Positions 49,584 to 59,479 of a DNA stretch of 64,000 nt are shown here, piece by piece (position 1 is the first letter of the stretch; each line of letters opens with the position of its first letter). Location: contig JACCXK010000142.1 in NCBI GenBank assembly GCA_013697055.1, forward strand, positions 1,651 through 65,650, given 5' to 3'. Position numbers and translations under genes: made by a program. This DNA comes from Alphaproteobacteria bacterium (GTDB taxonomy: Bacteria > Pseudomonadota > Alphaproteobacteria > Micropepsales > Micropepsaceae). Below the pieces are notes generated by a model. It was not told where the DNA came from. It worked only from the letters and a program-made list of their open reading frames with translations, and did not search any database.

Positions 49584-51572
49584 TTGACCTTCCCCACCAC
49601 CCATCCCGCTTTGTCCCGCGCCCTCAGCGAGCGCGACTATAAGGACGCCACGCCCGTGCAGATGGCGGTGGTGACCGAGGAAGCCGAAGGCCGCGACCTG
49701 CTGGTGTCGGCCCAGACCGGTTCAGGCAAGACCATCGCGTTCGGTTTGGCCATGGCGGAAAATCTGCTGGAAGGCGCCGAGACGATGGGCCCGGCGGGCG
49801 ATCCCCTGGCGCTGATCATCGCGCCGACGCGCGAGCTGGCGATGCAGGTGCAGCGCGAATTGAGCTGGCTCTATCACTATGCCGGTGCGCGCATCGTGTC
49901 CTGTGTCGGCGGCATGGACCCGGGTGCGGAGCGGCGCGAGCTGGCGCGCGGCGCTCATATCGTGGTCGGTACACCCGGCCGCTTGCGCGATCACCTGGAA
50001 CGGCGCGCCTTGAAAGTGTCGGAGCTGAAGGCGGCGGTGCTGGACGAGGCTGACGAGATGCTCGACATGGGCTTTCGCGAAGACTTGCAATTCATCCTGG
50101 AGACCACCCCGCAAGACCGCCGCACCCTGATGTTCTCCGCCACCTTGCCCAAGGCCATCGTCACCCTGGCGCAGCACTATCAGAAGGATGCGTTGCGCAT
50201 CGCCACCCGCGGCGACACCCAGGGCCATGCCGATATCGAATATCGCGCCATTCGGATTGCCGGCAACAAGATCGAACGCGCCGTGGTCAATTTGCTGCGT
50301 TTCATGGACCCGCCCAGCGCGCTGGTGTTCTGCAACACCCGCAACGCGGTGCGCCACATGGAAGCCCAGCTCACCGAGCGCGGCTTTTCCTGCGTGGCGC
50401 TGTCGGGCGAACTGTCCCAGAGCGAGCGCAACCATGCGCTGCAGGCGTTGCGCGACGGCCGCGCCAAGGTCTGCGTCGCCACCGACGTCGCGGCGCGCGG
50501 CATCGACCTACCCAGCCTCAGCCTTGTCATTCATGCCGACCTGCCCAACGACGCCCAGGTGCTGCAGCATCGCAGCGGCCGCACCGGCCGCGCCGGCAAG
50601 AAAGGCGTCAGTGTCTTGCTGGTGCCGCCGTCGCGCCGCCGCCGCGCCGAGGAAATGCTGGACCGCGCCCGCGTCACCGCCAGTTGGGGCAATGCGCCTT
50701 CGGCCGAGGATATCCGCAAGGTGGATCACGAACGCCTGCTGAAAAATCCGCTGCTGGTGGAACCGGGCAGCGAAGACGATTTGGCCATGGCCGATGAACT
50801 GCTGAAGTCGCACGATGTGCGCCAGTTGGCGGCGGCGTTTGTGAAGCAGTATCGCGCCGGACTGCCGGCGCCGGAAGAGATTGAGGACGAGCCGTTTCAA
50901 CGTGACAGCCGGCCGCCCAAGGATCACAAGGCGCGCCATGAAGGCCCACGCGAAAAGCGCGAACACAAGCCGCGCGAAGACAGACCGCATGAAGACAGAT
51001 CACGTGAAGACAGACCTCGTGAAGACAGACCTCGTGAAGACAGGCCGCGCCCTCACCAGACCGGCGAACGCCAGCACGCGCCCACCCATGAACGCGGCGC
51101 TGCGCCGGGCGCGATGCAAAACGGCGTCTGGTTCCGCCTGAATGTGGGACGCGAGCGCAATGCCGATCCCAAATGGCTGTTGCCGGAAATCTGCCGCCAG
51201 GGCGAATTGACCAAGAAGGACATCGGCGCCATCCGGGTGTTCGAAATGGAAACCCTGTTCCAGGTCGCCGCCGAAGCGGCGCCCAAGTTCACCATTCTGG
51301 TCAGTGAGCGCAAGAAGGGCGGGGTGCGTATTTCGCCGGCCCTCGACCAGAGCGGCGAATCCACGGCGCGTCCGCGCGACGACAAGCCGCGCGAAGTCCG
51401 TGAAGTCGCGCCGCGCAGCGACGATGCCCCGGGTGGCGCCCCGCCGCGCAAGCCCGACTTCCACGGCAAGAAGACGTTCGGCGACAAGAAAAAATTCGGC
51501 GGCAAGAAGTTCGGCAAGCCGGGCGGCGGCTACAAGGGCAAGAATCCGCGCCCCAAACCGCAAGCTTCTTAG
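49584..51572 (+). CDS. DEAD-box ATP-dependent RNA helicase with a DbpA-like RNA-binding domain and a basic repeat-containing tail (662 aa, TTG start)
   Basis: The Q-motif region (ATPVQ) is followed by motif I AQTGSGKT, PTRELA, motif II DEAD, SAT, and HRSGRTGRAG. The C-terminal region reads GVWFRLNVGRERNADPKWLLPEICRQGELTKKDIGAIRVFEMETLFQV, followed by a Lys/Gly/Arg tail. Confidence 0.92.
   Translation: MTFPTTHPALSRALSERDYKDATPVQMAVVTEEAEGRDLLVSAQTGSGKTIAFGLAMAENLLEGAETMGPAGDPLALIIAPTRELAMQVQRELSWLYHYAGARIVSCVGGMDPGAERRELARGAHIVVGTPGRLRDHLERRALKVSELKAAVLDEADEMLDMGFREDLQFILETTPQDRRTLMFSATLPKAIVTLAQHYQKDALRIATRGDTQGHADIEYRAIRIAGNKIERAVVNLLRFMDPPSALVFCNTRNAVRHMEAQLTERGFSCVALSGELSQSERNHALQALRDGRAKVCVATDVAARGIDLPSLSLVIHADLPNDAQVLQHRSGRTGRAGKKGVSVLLVPPSRRRRAEEMLDRARVTASWGNAPSAEDIRKVDHERLLKNPLLVEPGSEDDLAMADELLKSHDVRQLAAAFVKQYRAGLPAPEEIEDEPFQRDSRPPKDHKARHEGPREKREHKPREDRPHEDRSREDRPREDRPREDRPRPHQTGERQHAPTHERGAAPGAMQNGVWFRLNVGRERNADPKWLLPEICRQGELTKKDIGAIRVFEMETLFQVAAEAAPKFTILVSERKKGGVRISPALDQSGESTARPRDDKPREVREVAPRSDDAPGGAPPRKPDFHGKKTFGDKKKFGGKKFGKPGGGYKGKNPRPKPQAS
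50976..51050 (+). repeat. Five tandem 15-nt coding repeats (gaagacagaccNcgt; EDR(P/S)(H/R)-type pentapeptide units)
   Basis: The units are gaagacagaccgcat, gaagacagatcacgt, gaagacagacctcgt, gaagacagacctcgt and gaagacaggccgcgc. They lie inside the helicase linker. Confidence 0.9.
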
Positions 51573-52894
51573 AACAGCGGCTTTCCGTCCGCCTCCGGCA
51601 ATGACACTTGCATGATCTTCGCCAAGGTCGGCGCGATGTCGCGCATATCCACCTCACCCAACGAGCCCCGCTTGGAAATGGACGGGCCCGACAGAATCAG
51701 GGTGGCGCGCATTTCCGGATGGGTCGGGAAATAGCCGTGCGTGCCTTTCACGGATCCAGGTCCCACCGGCGGCGCGGCGGGATTGGTGCCCATCACGTAA
51801 CCCGGCTTGAAGTCCACCCAGAAGGACGCCATCGGCGTGCCGCCCATCGCAGCGATCTCGCCCGCATCGGCGACGCGATCGATACCCAGTTCGGGCTTGG
51901 CGGCGAGGTCCCTCAGCAAGGCTGACACTTTGGCTTTCACTGCCGCATCTTCGGGATGCGCCAGCACGATGGCCGCGGACGCGCCGCCCCAGGGTTCGGC
52001 CTGCCAGCTTGCGACTTTGCCCGCGCCGTCCAGGGTGATCAGGCCCGCCTGGACAAAGGGCGCGATCAGATTGACCGCATGTTCCACTGGCGCAAAGCCG
52101 TGGTCGGAGACAATGGCGACCACCAGGTCCGGCTGCGCTTTGCGCGCCTGATCCACTAGCCGGCCCACTGCTGCATCCAGCGTTTCCAGCGCGGCATGAG
52201 CCTCCGGCGAGCCGGGACCGGAACCATGCTCGACATGATCCAGCCCGCGCAGGTGCACGGTGGTGAATTGCGGATGCCTGGCGGTGATCAGCGCCGCGGC
52301 AAAGCGGGTGCGGCCGACATCTTCCTCCACACTTTCGCCATCGGCCTGGATCAACGGAATGCCGGCCTGTTTTTCCAACTGGCTCACCAGACCGGGGGTG
52401 GATAGGGCGCGCACGAGCTTGACGTCTTCGTCATGCACGTCTGTGGCGCGCCAGTATTCCGGCAGGTTGAAGTCGATCGACCGCGCACCCACGCTGACCG
52501 GCCAGGACAGGCTGGCAACCTTGCCGCCTTTGGCATGCACCGCGTCCCACAGGGTGCGCACCTTGATGTCCTGCGCATACCAGTACCAGCCGCTCATGTT
52601 CTTCTGCAGCGGATCGAAAGTCGGATTGTTGGGAATGCCGTGTTTGGCCGGCCACACGCCGGTGATCAGGGTGGTGTGGTTGGGATAGGTGACAGTGGGC
52701 AGTGCATTCTTCACGCCGCTGGCAGTGACGCCGCCTTCCATCAATCCGCGCAGCACCGGAACCTTAATGCCGCGCGTTTGTGCGTCGATCACGTCACCCG
52801 GGCGCAAGCCATCGATGGAAATCATCAATACCGGCGCGGCATGCGCAGTCACAGGCGCGATCAACAAAGCGGCCGTCAGACATGTCACGCGCAC
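51569..52894 (-). CDS. Nucleotide pyrophosphatase/phosphodiesterase (NPP, alkaline-phosphatase superfamily), secreted (441 aa)
   Basis: The signal is MRVTCLTAALLIAPVTAHA. Family motifs are LMISIDGLRPGDV, PTVTYPNHTTLITGVWPAKHGI, VHLRGLDHVEHGSGP and IVSDHGF. Confidence 0.85.
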   Translation of the reverse strand: MRVTCLTAALLIAPVTAHAAPVLMISIDGLRPGDVIDAQTRGIKVPVLRGLMEGGVTASGVKNALPTVTYPNHTTLITGVWPAKHGIPNNPTFDPLQKNMSGWYWYAQDIKVRTLWDAVHAKGGKVASLSWPVSVGARSIDFNLPEYWRATDVHDEDVKLVRALSTPGLVSQLEKQAGIPLIQADGESVEEDVGRTRFAAALITARHPQFTTVHLRGLDHVEHGSGPGSPEAHAALETLDAAVGRLVDQARKAQPDLVVAIVSDHGFAPVEHAVNLIAPFVQAGLITLDGAGKVASWQAEPWGGASAAIVLAHPEDAAVKAKVSALLRDLAAKPELGIDRVADAGEIAAMGGTPMASFWVDFKPGYVMGTNPAAPPVGPGSVKGTHGYFPTHPEMRATLILSGPSISKRGSLGEVDMRDIAPTLAKIMQVSLPEADGKPLF

Positions 52895-53072
52895 AAAACT
52901 CTCCCATTGATGAAAACATGTTCACTAACCGTCCCATTCGACAGTCGCATGACAATCCGCCGCGCAAGTCCCTGTGCATTTCACAAATTCGCAACACGAC
53001 TGTTTCCTTTCCGTATTGCAGCGCACCTAGGTAACCCCGGCGCGTCTCTCGCGCACAACAAACGGGGATTCC

Positions 53073-55511
53073 ATGTCGCTGCGTCATTCGCTGAGAAGCG
53101 CTCTTTTCATCACCACCGCATTGGGAACCTTGCCGCTGGCGGCAAGCGCCCAGACCATTGCCGCGAACGATGCCGGCGGCGGCGTGGAAAGCGTGATCGT
53201 GACGTCCGACCGCGAAAGCACCCATTCGGCGGTGGAAATCAACAGCGTCCAGGCGCAAAAGATCGTGCCGGGCATCAGCCCGCTCAAGGCCATCCAGTCA
53301 CTGCCGGGCGTGGTGTTCAACACCGCCGACCCGTGGGGCAACAACGAACAGAATGAATCGCTGGTGATTCATGGCTTCACCACCCAGCAGCTGGGCTTCA
53401 CCATGGACGGCGTGCCCCTGGGCGACCAGCAATATGGCAATTACAACGGCCTGTCGCCGTCGCGCGCCATCACCAGTGAAAATGTGCGCCGTGTGACCTT
53501 GTCGTCGGGCGCGGGCTCCCTCGGCGTGGCCTCCACCAGCATGCTGGGCGGCGCCATCGAAACCTTCTCCAGCAATCCCACCGACACGTTCGGCGTGGAT
53601 CTGCGCCAGACCGGTGGCAGCTATGACACCAGCCGCAGTTTTATCCGCCTGGATTCCGGCGATGTCGGCGATGGCTGGATGGGCTATCTCTCCTACCTGC
53701 ACCAGAATGCGCGCGCCTGGGATTTTGACGGCTATCAGCGCGGCGACCAGTTGAACCTGAAGGTGGTGCGCGCCGACGATGTCGGCCGTTTTACCTTCTA
53801 TGCCGACTGGGATCGCAAGGTCGAGCCGAACGAAGATTCCACCTCCTACGGCAATCAGCAGACCGCGGCGGGCCAGGCCTACCAGCCCTACACCCGCCCC
53901 TTTGCCTATCCGAACCTGGCGGCGGAAACCGCGCTGCTAGGGCCCACGGGCACGCCGCCGGCCAATCTGGGAAACAACTTCCCCAACTATCACAGCGCCG
54001 CCCAGCGCGAGGATGCGCTGACCTACGCGCAATATGACTGGAACGTTATGCCGGACCTCACCTGGTCCAACCAGGTCTATTACCATCACGCCACCGGCCG
54101 CGGCGTGGTGGCGGGCCCTACCAACAATGCCGGCCTGCCGGCGCTGTTCGTGGTCTATTTCCCGAACCTGGTGGTGGGCGGCTCGTCCAGCTCGGCCGGC
54201 ACCCTGATCAACATCAACAACGCCTTTGGCGGCCAAGGCCTGGAAGTGCGCACCACCGAATACCGCATCAACCGCTTCGGCGGACGCTCGACCCTGAACT
54301 TGAAACTGGGCGATCACGATATCGAACTGGGCGCCTGGTATGAGCGTAACGCTTCGCGCACCGGCCGCCGCTGGTATCCCTTCTCGGCCGCCAACAACGA
54401 CCTGACGCCCTATGACGTGCCGCGCAATCCGGCCTTCACCCAATATGACGTGTCGCTGCGCACCGACGATCTGAACGTGCATTTGCAGGACTCCTGGCAC
54501 ATCACCGATAGCTTGACCTTGCAGGCCGGCTTCAAGAGCATGTTCCAGACGGCCGGCAACAACGTCATCACCAACCAGCGCAATGCGCCGGGTGTCGCCG
54601 TGCCGGTCGTGTTTCCCACCGGCACCATCAGCAGCAATGGCTGGTTCCTGCCGCAGGTGGGCGCGACCTGGGACGCGAACGAGAACTGGCAGGTCTTCGC
54701 CAACATCCAGGAAAATTACCGCCAAACCATTCCCTATGCCGCGGGCAGCAATTTCTACGGCTCGTCGCCCTTCAGCCTGGGCACCCAGTCGGCGTTCGAC
54801 ACCTTCAAGACGACGGTGCATCCCGAACGCTCCTGGACTTATGAACTGGGCGTGCGCGCCCATTATGACCTTGACCTGGGGCCGATTACCGGCATCGAAG
54901 GCCAAGCCAATTATTATCACGTCGACTTCCACAACCGCTTGTTCAACGTGGCGCCGTTCAACCTGTTCAACCCCCCGCCCTCCATCCTGGTCAATGTCGG
55001 CAGCGTGACCACCGACGGCGTGGACGTCGCCTTCACCCTGCATCTGGGCGAGCATTTCCAGTTCTATGACGGCATTTCCTACAACAGCTCGGCCTACAGC
55101 TCGAACTACACCGCCGGCGCCACGGCGGGCGGCGCGCCCACCATCGTGCCGATCGCCGGCAAGCAGGTGCCGCTGACGCCGGACTGGCTGAACAAGTTCA
55201 TCGCCAGCACCAATTGGGGCAATTTCGAAGCCCAGGTCAGCGGCGATTATGTCGGCCGCCGTTACGCGACTTATCTCAACGACCTGGCGATTGGCGGGCA
55301 GTTCCAGCTCGGCCTGGAGGCCAGCTACACCTTCGAGGATATCGGTATCGCCGAAATCAAGAAGTTCAAGATCAGCGGCAATATCCTGAACCTGACCGAC
55401 ACCACCGGCATCTCGACCATCAATGTGCCGGGCTCGCCTGCGTCGGGCGGCTATTCCGCTTACCCGCTGTCCCCGCGCATGTTCTTCGTGACGGTCGGCG
55501 CGGCGCTTTAA
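53073..55511 (+). CDS. TonB-dependent outer-membrane receptor (812 aa)
   Basis: Signal MSLRHSLRSALFITTALGTLPLAASAQ and plug motifs (VIVTSDRE…LKAIQSLPGVVF…ESLVIHGFTTQQLGFTMDGVPLGD), followed by a barrel. Confidence 0.9.
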   Translation: MSLRHSLRSALFITTALGTLPLAASAQTIAANDAGGGVESVIVTSDRESTHSAVEINSVQAQKIVPGISPLKAIQSLPGVVFNTADPWGNNEQNESLVIHGFTTQQLGFTMDGVPLGDQQYGNYNGLSPSRAITSENVRRVTLSSGAGSLGVASTSMLGGAIETFSSNPTDTFGVDLRQTGGSYDTSRSFIRLDSGDVGDGWMGYLSYLHQNARAWDFDGYQRGDQLNLKVVRADDVGRFTFYADWDRKVEPNEDSTSYGNQQTAAGQAYQPYTRPFAYPNLAAETALLGPTGTPPANLGNNFPNYHSAAQREDALTYAQYDWNVMPDLTWSNQVYYHHATGRGVVAGPTNNAGLPALFVVYFPNLVVGGSSSSAGTLININNAFGGQGLEVRTTEYRINRFGGRSTLNLKLGDHDIELGAWYERNASRTGRRWYPFSAANNDLTPYDVPRNPAFTQYDVSLRTDDLNVHLQDSWHITDSLTLQAGFKSMFQTAGNNVITNQRNAPGVAVPVVFPTGTISSNGWFLPQVGATWDANENWQVFANIQENYRQTIPYAAGSNFYGSSPFSLGTQSAFDTFKTTVHPERSWTYELGVRAHYDLDLGPITGIEGQANYYHVDFHNRLFNVAPFNLFNPPPSILVNVGSVTTDGVDVAFTLHLGEHFQFYDGISYNSSAYSSNYTAGATAGGAPTIVPIAGKQVPLTPDWLNKFIASTNWGNFEAQVSGDYVGRRYATYLNDLAIGGQFQLGLEASYTFEDIGIAEIKKFKISGNILNLTDTTGISTINVPGSPASGGYSAYPLSPRMFFVTVGAAL

Positions 55512-55526
55512 CAACAGTCCCTCAAC

Positions 55527-55565
55527 TAAAAAGGGCGGCGCCTCACGGCACCGCCCTTCTTTTTC
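55527..55565. terminator. Bidirectional rho-independent terminator between convergent genes
   Basis: aaaaa, then gggcggcgcc-tcac-ggcaccgccc (one mismatch), then ttcttttt. Confidence 0.75.
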
Positions 55566-55652
55566 CCCTCCGGCCTTCGCTGGCCCGAGGGCCAGCTACG
55601 GCCACCTCCCCATGCGAGCGCGCCGCGCGCGCGCCGGGAGGGGCTGTATTGA

Positions 55653-56735
55653 TCAATCGTGGATGATGCGGTGGACCTTGGCCAGCACCGAGTCCGACAT
55701 GAAGATCATCTTCTGGTCCTTGGACACGGCCATATAATGGCCTTCGCCGACATCGTGGCTGTCGCGATTGTCGCCATGCTTGCCGAACCAGCCTTGGACC
55801 TTGCCGTCCCAGCCCATCTTCAGCACCATGCCGTGGCGGCCGGTGGACATCCACAACTGGCCGGTCGCGTCTTTGTAGAAGCCGCAGGTCAGGTTGCCGA
55901 CCTGGATTTCGCTCTTGGGCTTGAGGTCCTTGTCATAGACCACGATCTTGGTGGAGGCGCGGTCGCCCACCCAGACATCGCCATTGGGCGCGACGACGAC
56001 GGAGTGGATCACCGGCAACAGCCCATCGGCATGGGCCAGGCTGGCGCTGGCCAGGAACTTGCCATCCTTGTCGAACTTCATGACGCGCGGATCGCCGCCG
56101 GGAATGGCCGGCGGATGCACGAACACGCCGCGCGGCTTGGAATTGCGCACCTGGGGAATGTCGTAAGTGGCGCAGAAAGTACAGTCGGCCGGAGGCGAGG
56201 TGCCGCCATGGCTCTGCACCACATAGAAATTGTCGTCCTTGTCGAAGGCGATGTCGAGCGGCTGGTTGAACATGCCGTTCCACTTGGTGTCGTCCCAGTT
56301 CGCATTCTCACCGCGGACACCGAAGGTGCGGATCACATCGCCATTGGGATTGAGCTTGTAGATCACGTTCAGGAAGCTGTCGCTCACCCAGATATTGCCG
56401 TGGCTGTCCACGCGCAGGGCGTGCGGGTTCATGGCGATGTTGGGATTGAACACACGCAACTGCTTGGTGCCGGTGGGGTCATACTCCACCATCATGATGG
56501 CGGGGTTGCGGTTGAACACCAAGAGGTTGCCGTTGGGGCGCAGGGCCACGGCCGAGACATTTCCGAACTGCTCGCCATTGGCGCCGGTGATCTGTTCGCC
56601 AAAGTGATAGGGCAGTGGCGGCGCATCGGGGATATGAACCGGTCCGGGTGGCTCAGGCTGTTGCTTGGGGGCGGTCTGCGCCCAGGCGGCGGTCGCCAAC
56701 AGGAGTGTGGCGGCGATGATGGCGATTTTCTTCAT
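55653..56735 (-). CDS. Periplasmic NHL-repeat six-bladed beta-propeller protein (360 aa)
   Basis: Signal MKKIAIIAATLLLATAAWAQ from the ATG at 56735, preceded by AAGAGGAA. Blade motifs recur: DSHGNIWVSDS, DKDDNFYVVQS, APNGDVWVGDR, TGQLWMSTG and DQKMIFMSDS. Confidence 0.75.
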   Translation of the reverse strand: MKKIAIIAATLLLATAAWAQTAPKQQPEPPGPVHIPDAPPLPYHFGEQITGANGEQFGNVSAVALRPNGNLLVFNRNPAIMMVEYDPTGTKQLRVFNPNIAMNPHALRVDSHGNIWVSDSFLNVIYKLNPNGDVIRTFGVRGENANWDDTKWNGMFNQPLDIAFDKDDNFYVVQSHGGTSPPADCTFCATYDIPQVRNSKPRGVFVHPPAIPGGDPRVMKFDKDGKFLASASLAHADGLLPVIHSVVVAPNGDVWVGDRASTKIVVYDKDLKPKSEIQVGNLTCGFYKDATGQLWMSTGRHGMVLKMGWDGKVQGWFGKHGDNRDSHDVGEGHYMAVSKDQKMIFMSDSVLAKVHRIIHD

Positions 56736-56754
56736 GGCGGTTCCTCTTTGATGT

Positions 56755-57513
56755 TCAGTAACGGGCAATGCCCTTGGTTTTCCAGACGTCCCGCATCTCA
56801 GGGGAGATGGCGAATTTTATGAAAGCCGCGGCATTGGTCTTGTCGGCGGCGCGCATATTGATACCCGTCGCCATGTCCATGTGCATGCCCAGCTCGGCGG
56901 GCAGTTCGCCCACCAGCCAGGGGCTGCCGGTCTCGGTGTTGGTGGGATTGTGGGCGACATGGATCAGGCCAAGGCCGAGGGCATTGGCATCGCCTTCGCC
57001 GCGCTTGAGGGCGGGCTCGGCATCGCCCTTGACCGGCACGCCCTTGATGCCGGCGAAGTCGGGACGCTTGAGCAAGCGGTCGCTCATGCCCGCCTGCATG
57101 CTGCCCGACACCGGATCGGAATAAAGCACCGACGAAGTGCCTTTCAGCACCGCGATCAGCGCCGGCACGGTGGTGATGTCGGGGCGGGGCGCGTCGGGCT
57201 TCTTGAACAGGCCGATCTCGGCCCGGCCCAGCGGGGTGAAGTCGCTGACCGCGCCCGACAGCACCATGGTGCCCATCAGGTCCATCGGCAGCATCACCAC
57301 ATCGGGGGCGGGCGCCTTGGTGCGGATGTCGGTCATGATGGTGCCCATCCCGTCCACCACGATGGTGACTTTCACGCCGCTCTTCTTCTCGAAGGCGGCG
57401 GCGACCTCGGTGAGGCCGGAATTGGAGATCACCCCGGGGCTGATGACGCGGATTTCCGCTGCCTGAGCGGCATTCGAAACAGCCAGAATGGCCGCCAGAC
57501 AGATCCAGCGCAT
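56755..57513 (-). CDS. Periplasmic substrate-binding protein (ModA/type-2 PBP-like, 252 aa)
   Basis: The signal is MRWICLAAILAVSNAAQA. AEIRVISPGVISNSGLTEVAAAFEKKSGVKVTIVVDGMGTIMTDIRTKAPAPDVVMLP is a PBP2-like beginning. No cognate ABC permease or ATPase genes are adjacent. Confidence 0.6.
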   Translation of the reverse strand: MRWICLAAILAVSNAAQAAEIRVISPGVISNSGLTEVAAAFEKKSGVKVTIVVDGMGTIMTDIRTKAPAPDVVMLPMDLMGTMVLSGAVSDFTPLGRAEIGLFKKPDAPRPDITTVPALIAVLKGTSSVLYSDPVSGSMQAGMSDRLLKRPDFAGIKGVPVKGDAEPALKRGEGDANALGLGLIHVAHNPTNTETGSPWLVGELPAELGMHMDMATGINMRAADKTNAAAFIKFAISPEMRDVWKTKGIARY

Positions 57514-57539
57514 GACTTCCCCTTACCCGGCAGCGTGTC

Positions 57540-59465
57540 TTACGGAGCGGCGCTGCTCTTTCGCCCATACTTGGCGATATCGGGGGGGTTGCCAAGGTCC
57601 GCCACGGTGCTTTCCCAGGGGAATGAGAGTGTCGGGTCGTTGGAAAAGCGCTTCATCCTGATGGTCAGCTTCGCACCTGCACCCGGCGCCAGCCGGACCG
57701 GGAAGCTGGTTCCGTCCACTTGGGTGGTTTCGGTGCCTTGCGCCACTGAGACCATCTGGTGCTCGCCATAGGCGCCGCCCTGGATGATGACGCTGCGCGC
57801 CGCGCTGGGGCTGATATTGATCAGGGTGACGGTCAGGCCGTCCGGGCTCCAGCTATCGACCAGCGCCGCCACATCCTGCGGCAGGCCGGCGCGCCTGCGC
57901 GACGGATCGAAATAGCGCAGGCGGGAGAACAGCAAGGTGCCGCCCTGGTTGGGCGAAGTGCGGGCCCAGCTGCCATGCTGCAGATAAAGGCCGCCTTCCA
58001 TCAACTGGGTGAGGGCGGTGATGGAGGCGGGATTGTACTCCAGCGCCGAGTCCGCCAGCCGCATGTCGGGCGAGGTGGAATCGCTGTCCACCGTTTCCAT
58101 GCGCTGGCGCATGCGCGCCAAGCCCGCGCGCAGCGCCTTGACCGGATAGCCGGGATTCTTGCCTTCCAGATAGTCATACCATTCGGTGTCCTCACAGCGG
58201 GCGCGGTCGCTCGCTTTCATCGACAGGGCATAAATCTCCAGGAAGTTCAGCCGGTACTTGCCGGGCTTGAAGCTGTAGAAGCCCTGGTCGCCGAACATGG
58301 TGGGGGCGGAGAGCTTGCCGTCCACCGTCTTGGCGGCGGCGTCGAACTTGTCGGCGGTCTTGCGCCACACATCCAGATACTTGTCGTCGCCGCGCGACAG
58401 CAGGTACGCGTTCATGAAGCCGTTGATGCACCACGGCACGCGGTTGCGGTCGGCCGGCTTGCCGGTCATCGGCACAACGGGCGAGAAGCCCCAGCCATAA
58501 GCGCCGCCATACCACTTGCCGTCGGTGGCGCCGCCGATCTTGCCGTCCAGCCCGATGTTGGAGGGAATGATGCCGCCATTATCCTTGGCGCGCTGCGCCC
58601 AGGCATCGCAATAGCCCAGCACCCAATCCTTGTACTTCTTCTCATGGGTCAGCATGTAGGCGTTGGTGGCAAGCTGGGTCGCCGCCAGGTTCAGGGGATG
58701 ATCGCCCACCACATCGGTATAGCCTTCGAAATGCGCCAGCATGCCCTTGTAGGCGCCTTCACCATGGCCCAGCGACGGGAAGCGGTTCTCCACTTCGATG
58801 GGATCGCCGGTCCAGTCCAGCGCCGTGGCCTTGCGCAGCATCGGGCCTCTGGAGCCGTTCATCAGGCTCTTGATCAGCTTCAGCTTGGGATCGTAATTGG
58901 GCGCGCCAGGATCCTCGTCCATGTAGAAGCCGGCAAAGCGTTTCACCCGCTCGCGATAGAGATGGCTGTAAGGATCGCCCAGCGGCATCAGGTTGAACAC
59001 CGTCAGGCCTTCGCCATTATGCTGCCAGTCGAACTGGCTGGGGAATTCCTTATAGTACATGCCCAACCGCCCGATCGGCACGTCGGTGGTCTTGGCGGCG
59101 CTGTACTGGCGCACATGGCCTTCATAGGCCTTGGTGTACATCTCCTTCAGCACATCATCGCCGCCCAGGGCATAGGCATGCGGCCAGTCATTGACGTTCT
59201 CGATGGAATCGTCGGGGCCGTCATCGCCGCCGAAGCGTTCGGTGGTTTCCAGCCAGCCATTGGCCGGGTTGAAATAGCGGCGGAAGAATCTGACGCAGGC
59301 CGCGGTGTGGGCGTGCAGCACTTCACGCTGCAACAGCGCCCATTCCGGCGGGTCCATCGGGGCGCCGATGGTGATGGTGGTCTGCGCAAGGGCGGGCAGG
59401 GGCAGCACTGTGGCGGCACAGGCGGCCGCGGTGCCCATCAAAAACGCGCGGCGTGAATTGATCAT
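57540..59465 (-). CDS. Tat-signal periplasmic protein of unknown function (641 aa from the ATG at 59465)
   Basis: MINSRRAFLMGTAAACAATVLPLPALAQ is a twin-arginine signal. The large body is Trp/Tyr/Gly-rich and I recognise no motif. AAGGA lies 8 nt upstream of the ATG. An alternative GTG at 59483 overlaps the cytochrome gene stop. Confidence 0.7.
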   Translation of the reverse strand: MINSRRAFLMGTAAACAATVLPLPALAQTTITIGAPMDPPEWALLQREVLHAHTAACVRFFRRYFNPANGWLETTERFGGDDGPDDSIENVNDWPHAYALGGDDVLKEMYTKAYEGHVRQYSAAKTTDVPIGRLGMYYKEFPSQFDWQHNGEGLTVFNLMPLGDPYSHLYRERVKRFAGFYMDEDPGAPNYDPKLKLIKSLMNGSRGPMLRKATALDWTGDPIEVENRFPSLGHGEGAYKGMLAHFEGYTDVVGDHPLNLAATQLATNAYMLTHEKKYKDWVLGYCDAWAQRAKDNGGIIPSNIGLDGKIGGATDGKWYGGAYGWGFSPVVPMTGKPADRNRVPWCINGFMNAYLLSRGDDKYLDVWRKTADKFDAAAKTVDGKLSAPTMFGDQGFYSFKPGKYRLNFLEIYALSMKASDRARCEDTEWYDYLEGKNPGYPVKALRAGLARMRQRMETVDSDSTSPDMRLADSALEYNPASITALTQLMEGGLYLQHGSWARTSPNQGGTLLFSRLRYFDPSRRRAGLPQDVAALVDSWSPDGLTVTLINISPSAARSVIIQGGAYGEHQMVSVAQGTETTQVDGTSFPVRLAPGAGAKLTIRMKRFSNDPTLSFPWESTVADLGNPPDIAKYGRKSSAAP

Positions 59466-59479
59466 GATGTTCGTCCTTT

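Noticed and set aside
51569-51572. A 4-nt overlap of the convergent helicase and NPP gene stop codons (cTTAGaa read on both strands)
   Set aside because: It is real in the sequence but is a common packing feature of compact genomes. There is no hairpin or other signal suggesting a regulatory role.
53937-55514. Long antisense ORFs inside clearly assigned genes (for example 53937..55514, 55659..56822, 57759..59456, 44168..45739, 47761..48570, 28022..29428 and 41815..42663)
   Set aside because: Each lies opposite or out of frame to a gene with strong family motifs. Each has Arg/Gly/Ala/Pro-dominated composition, as expected from GC-rich non-coding frames.
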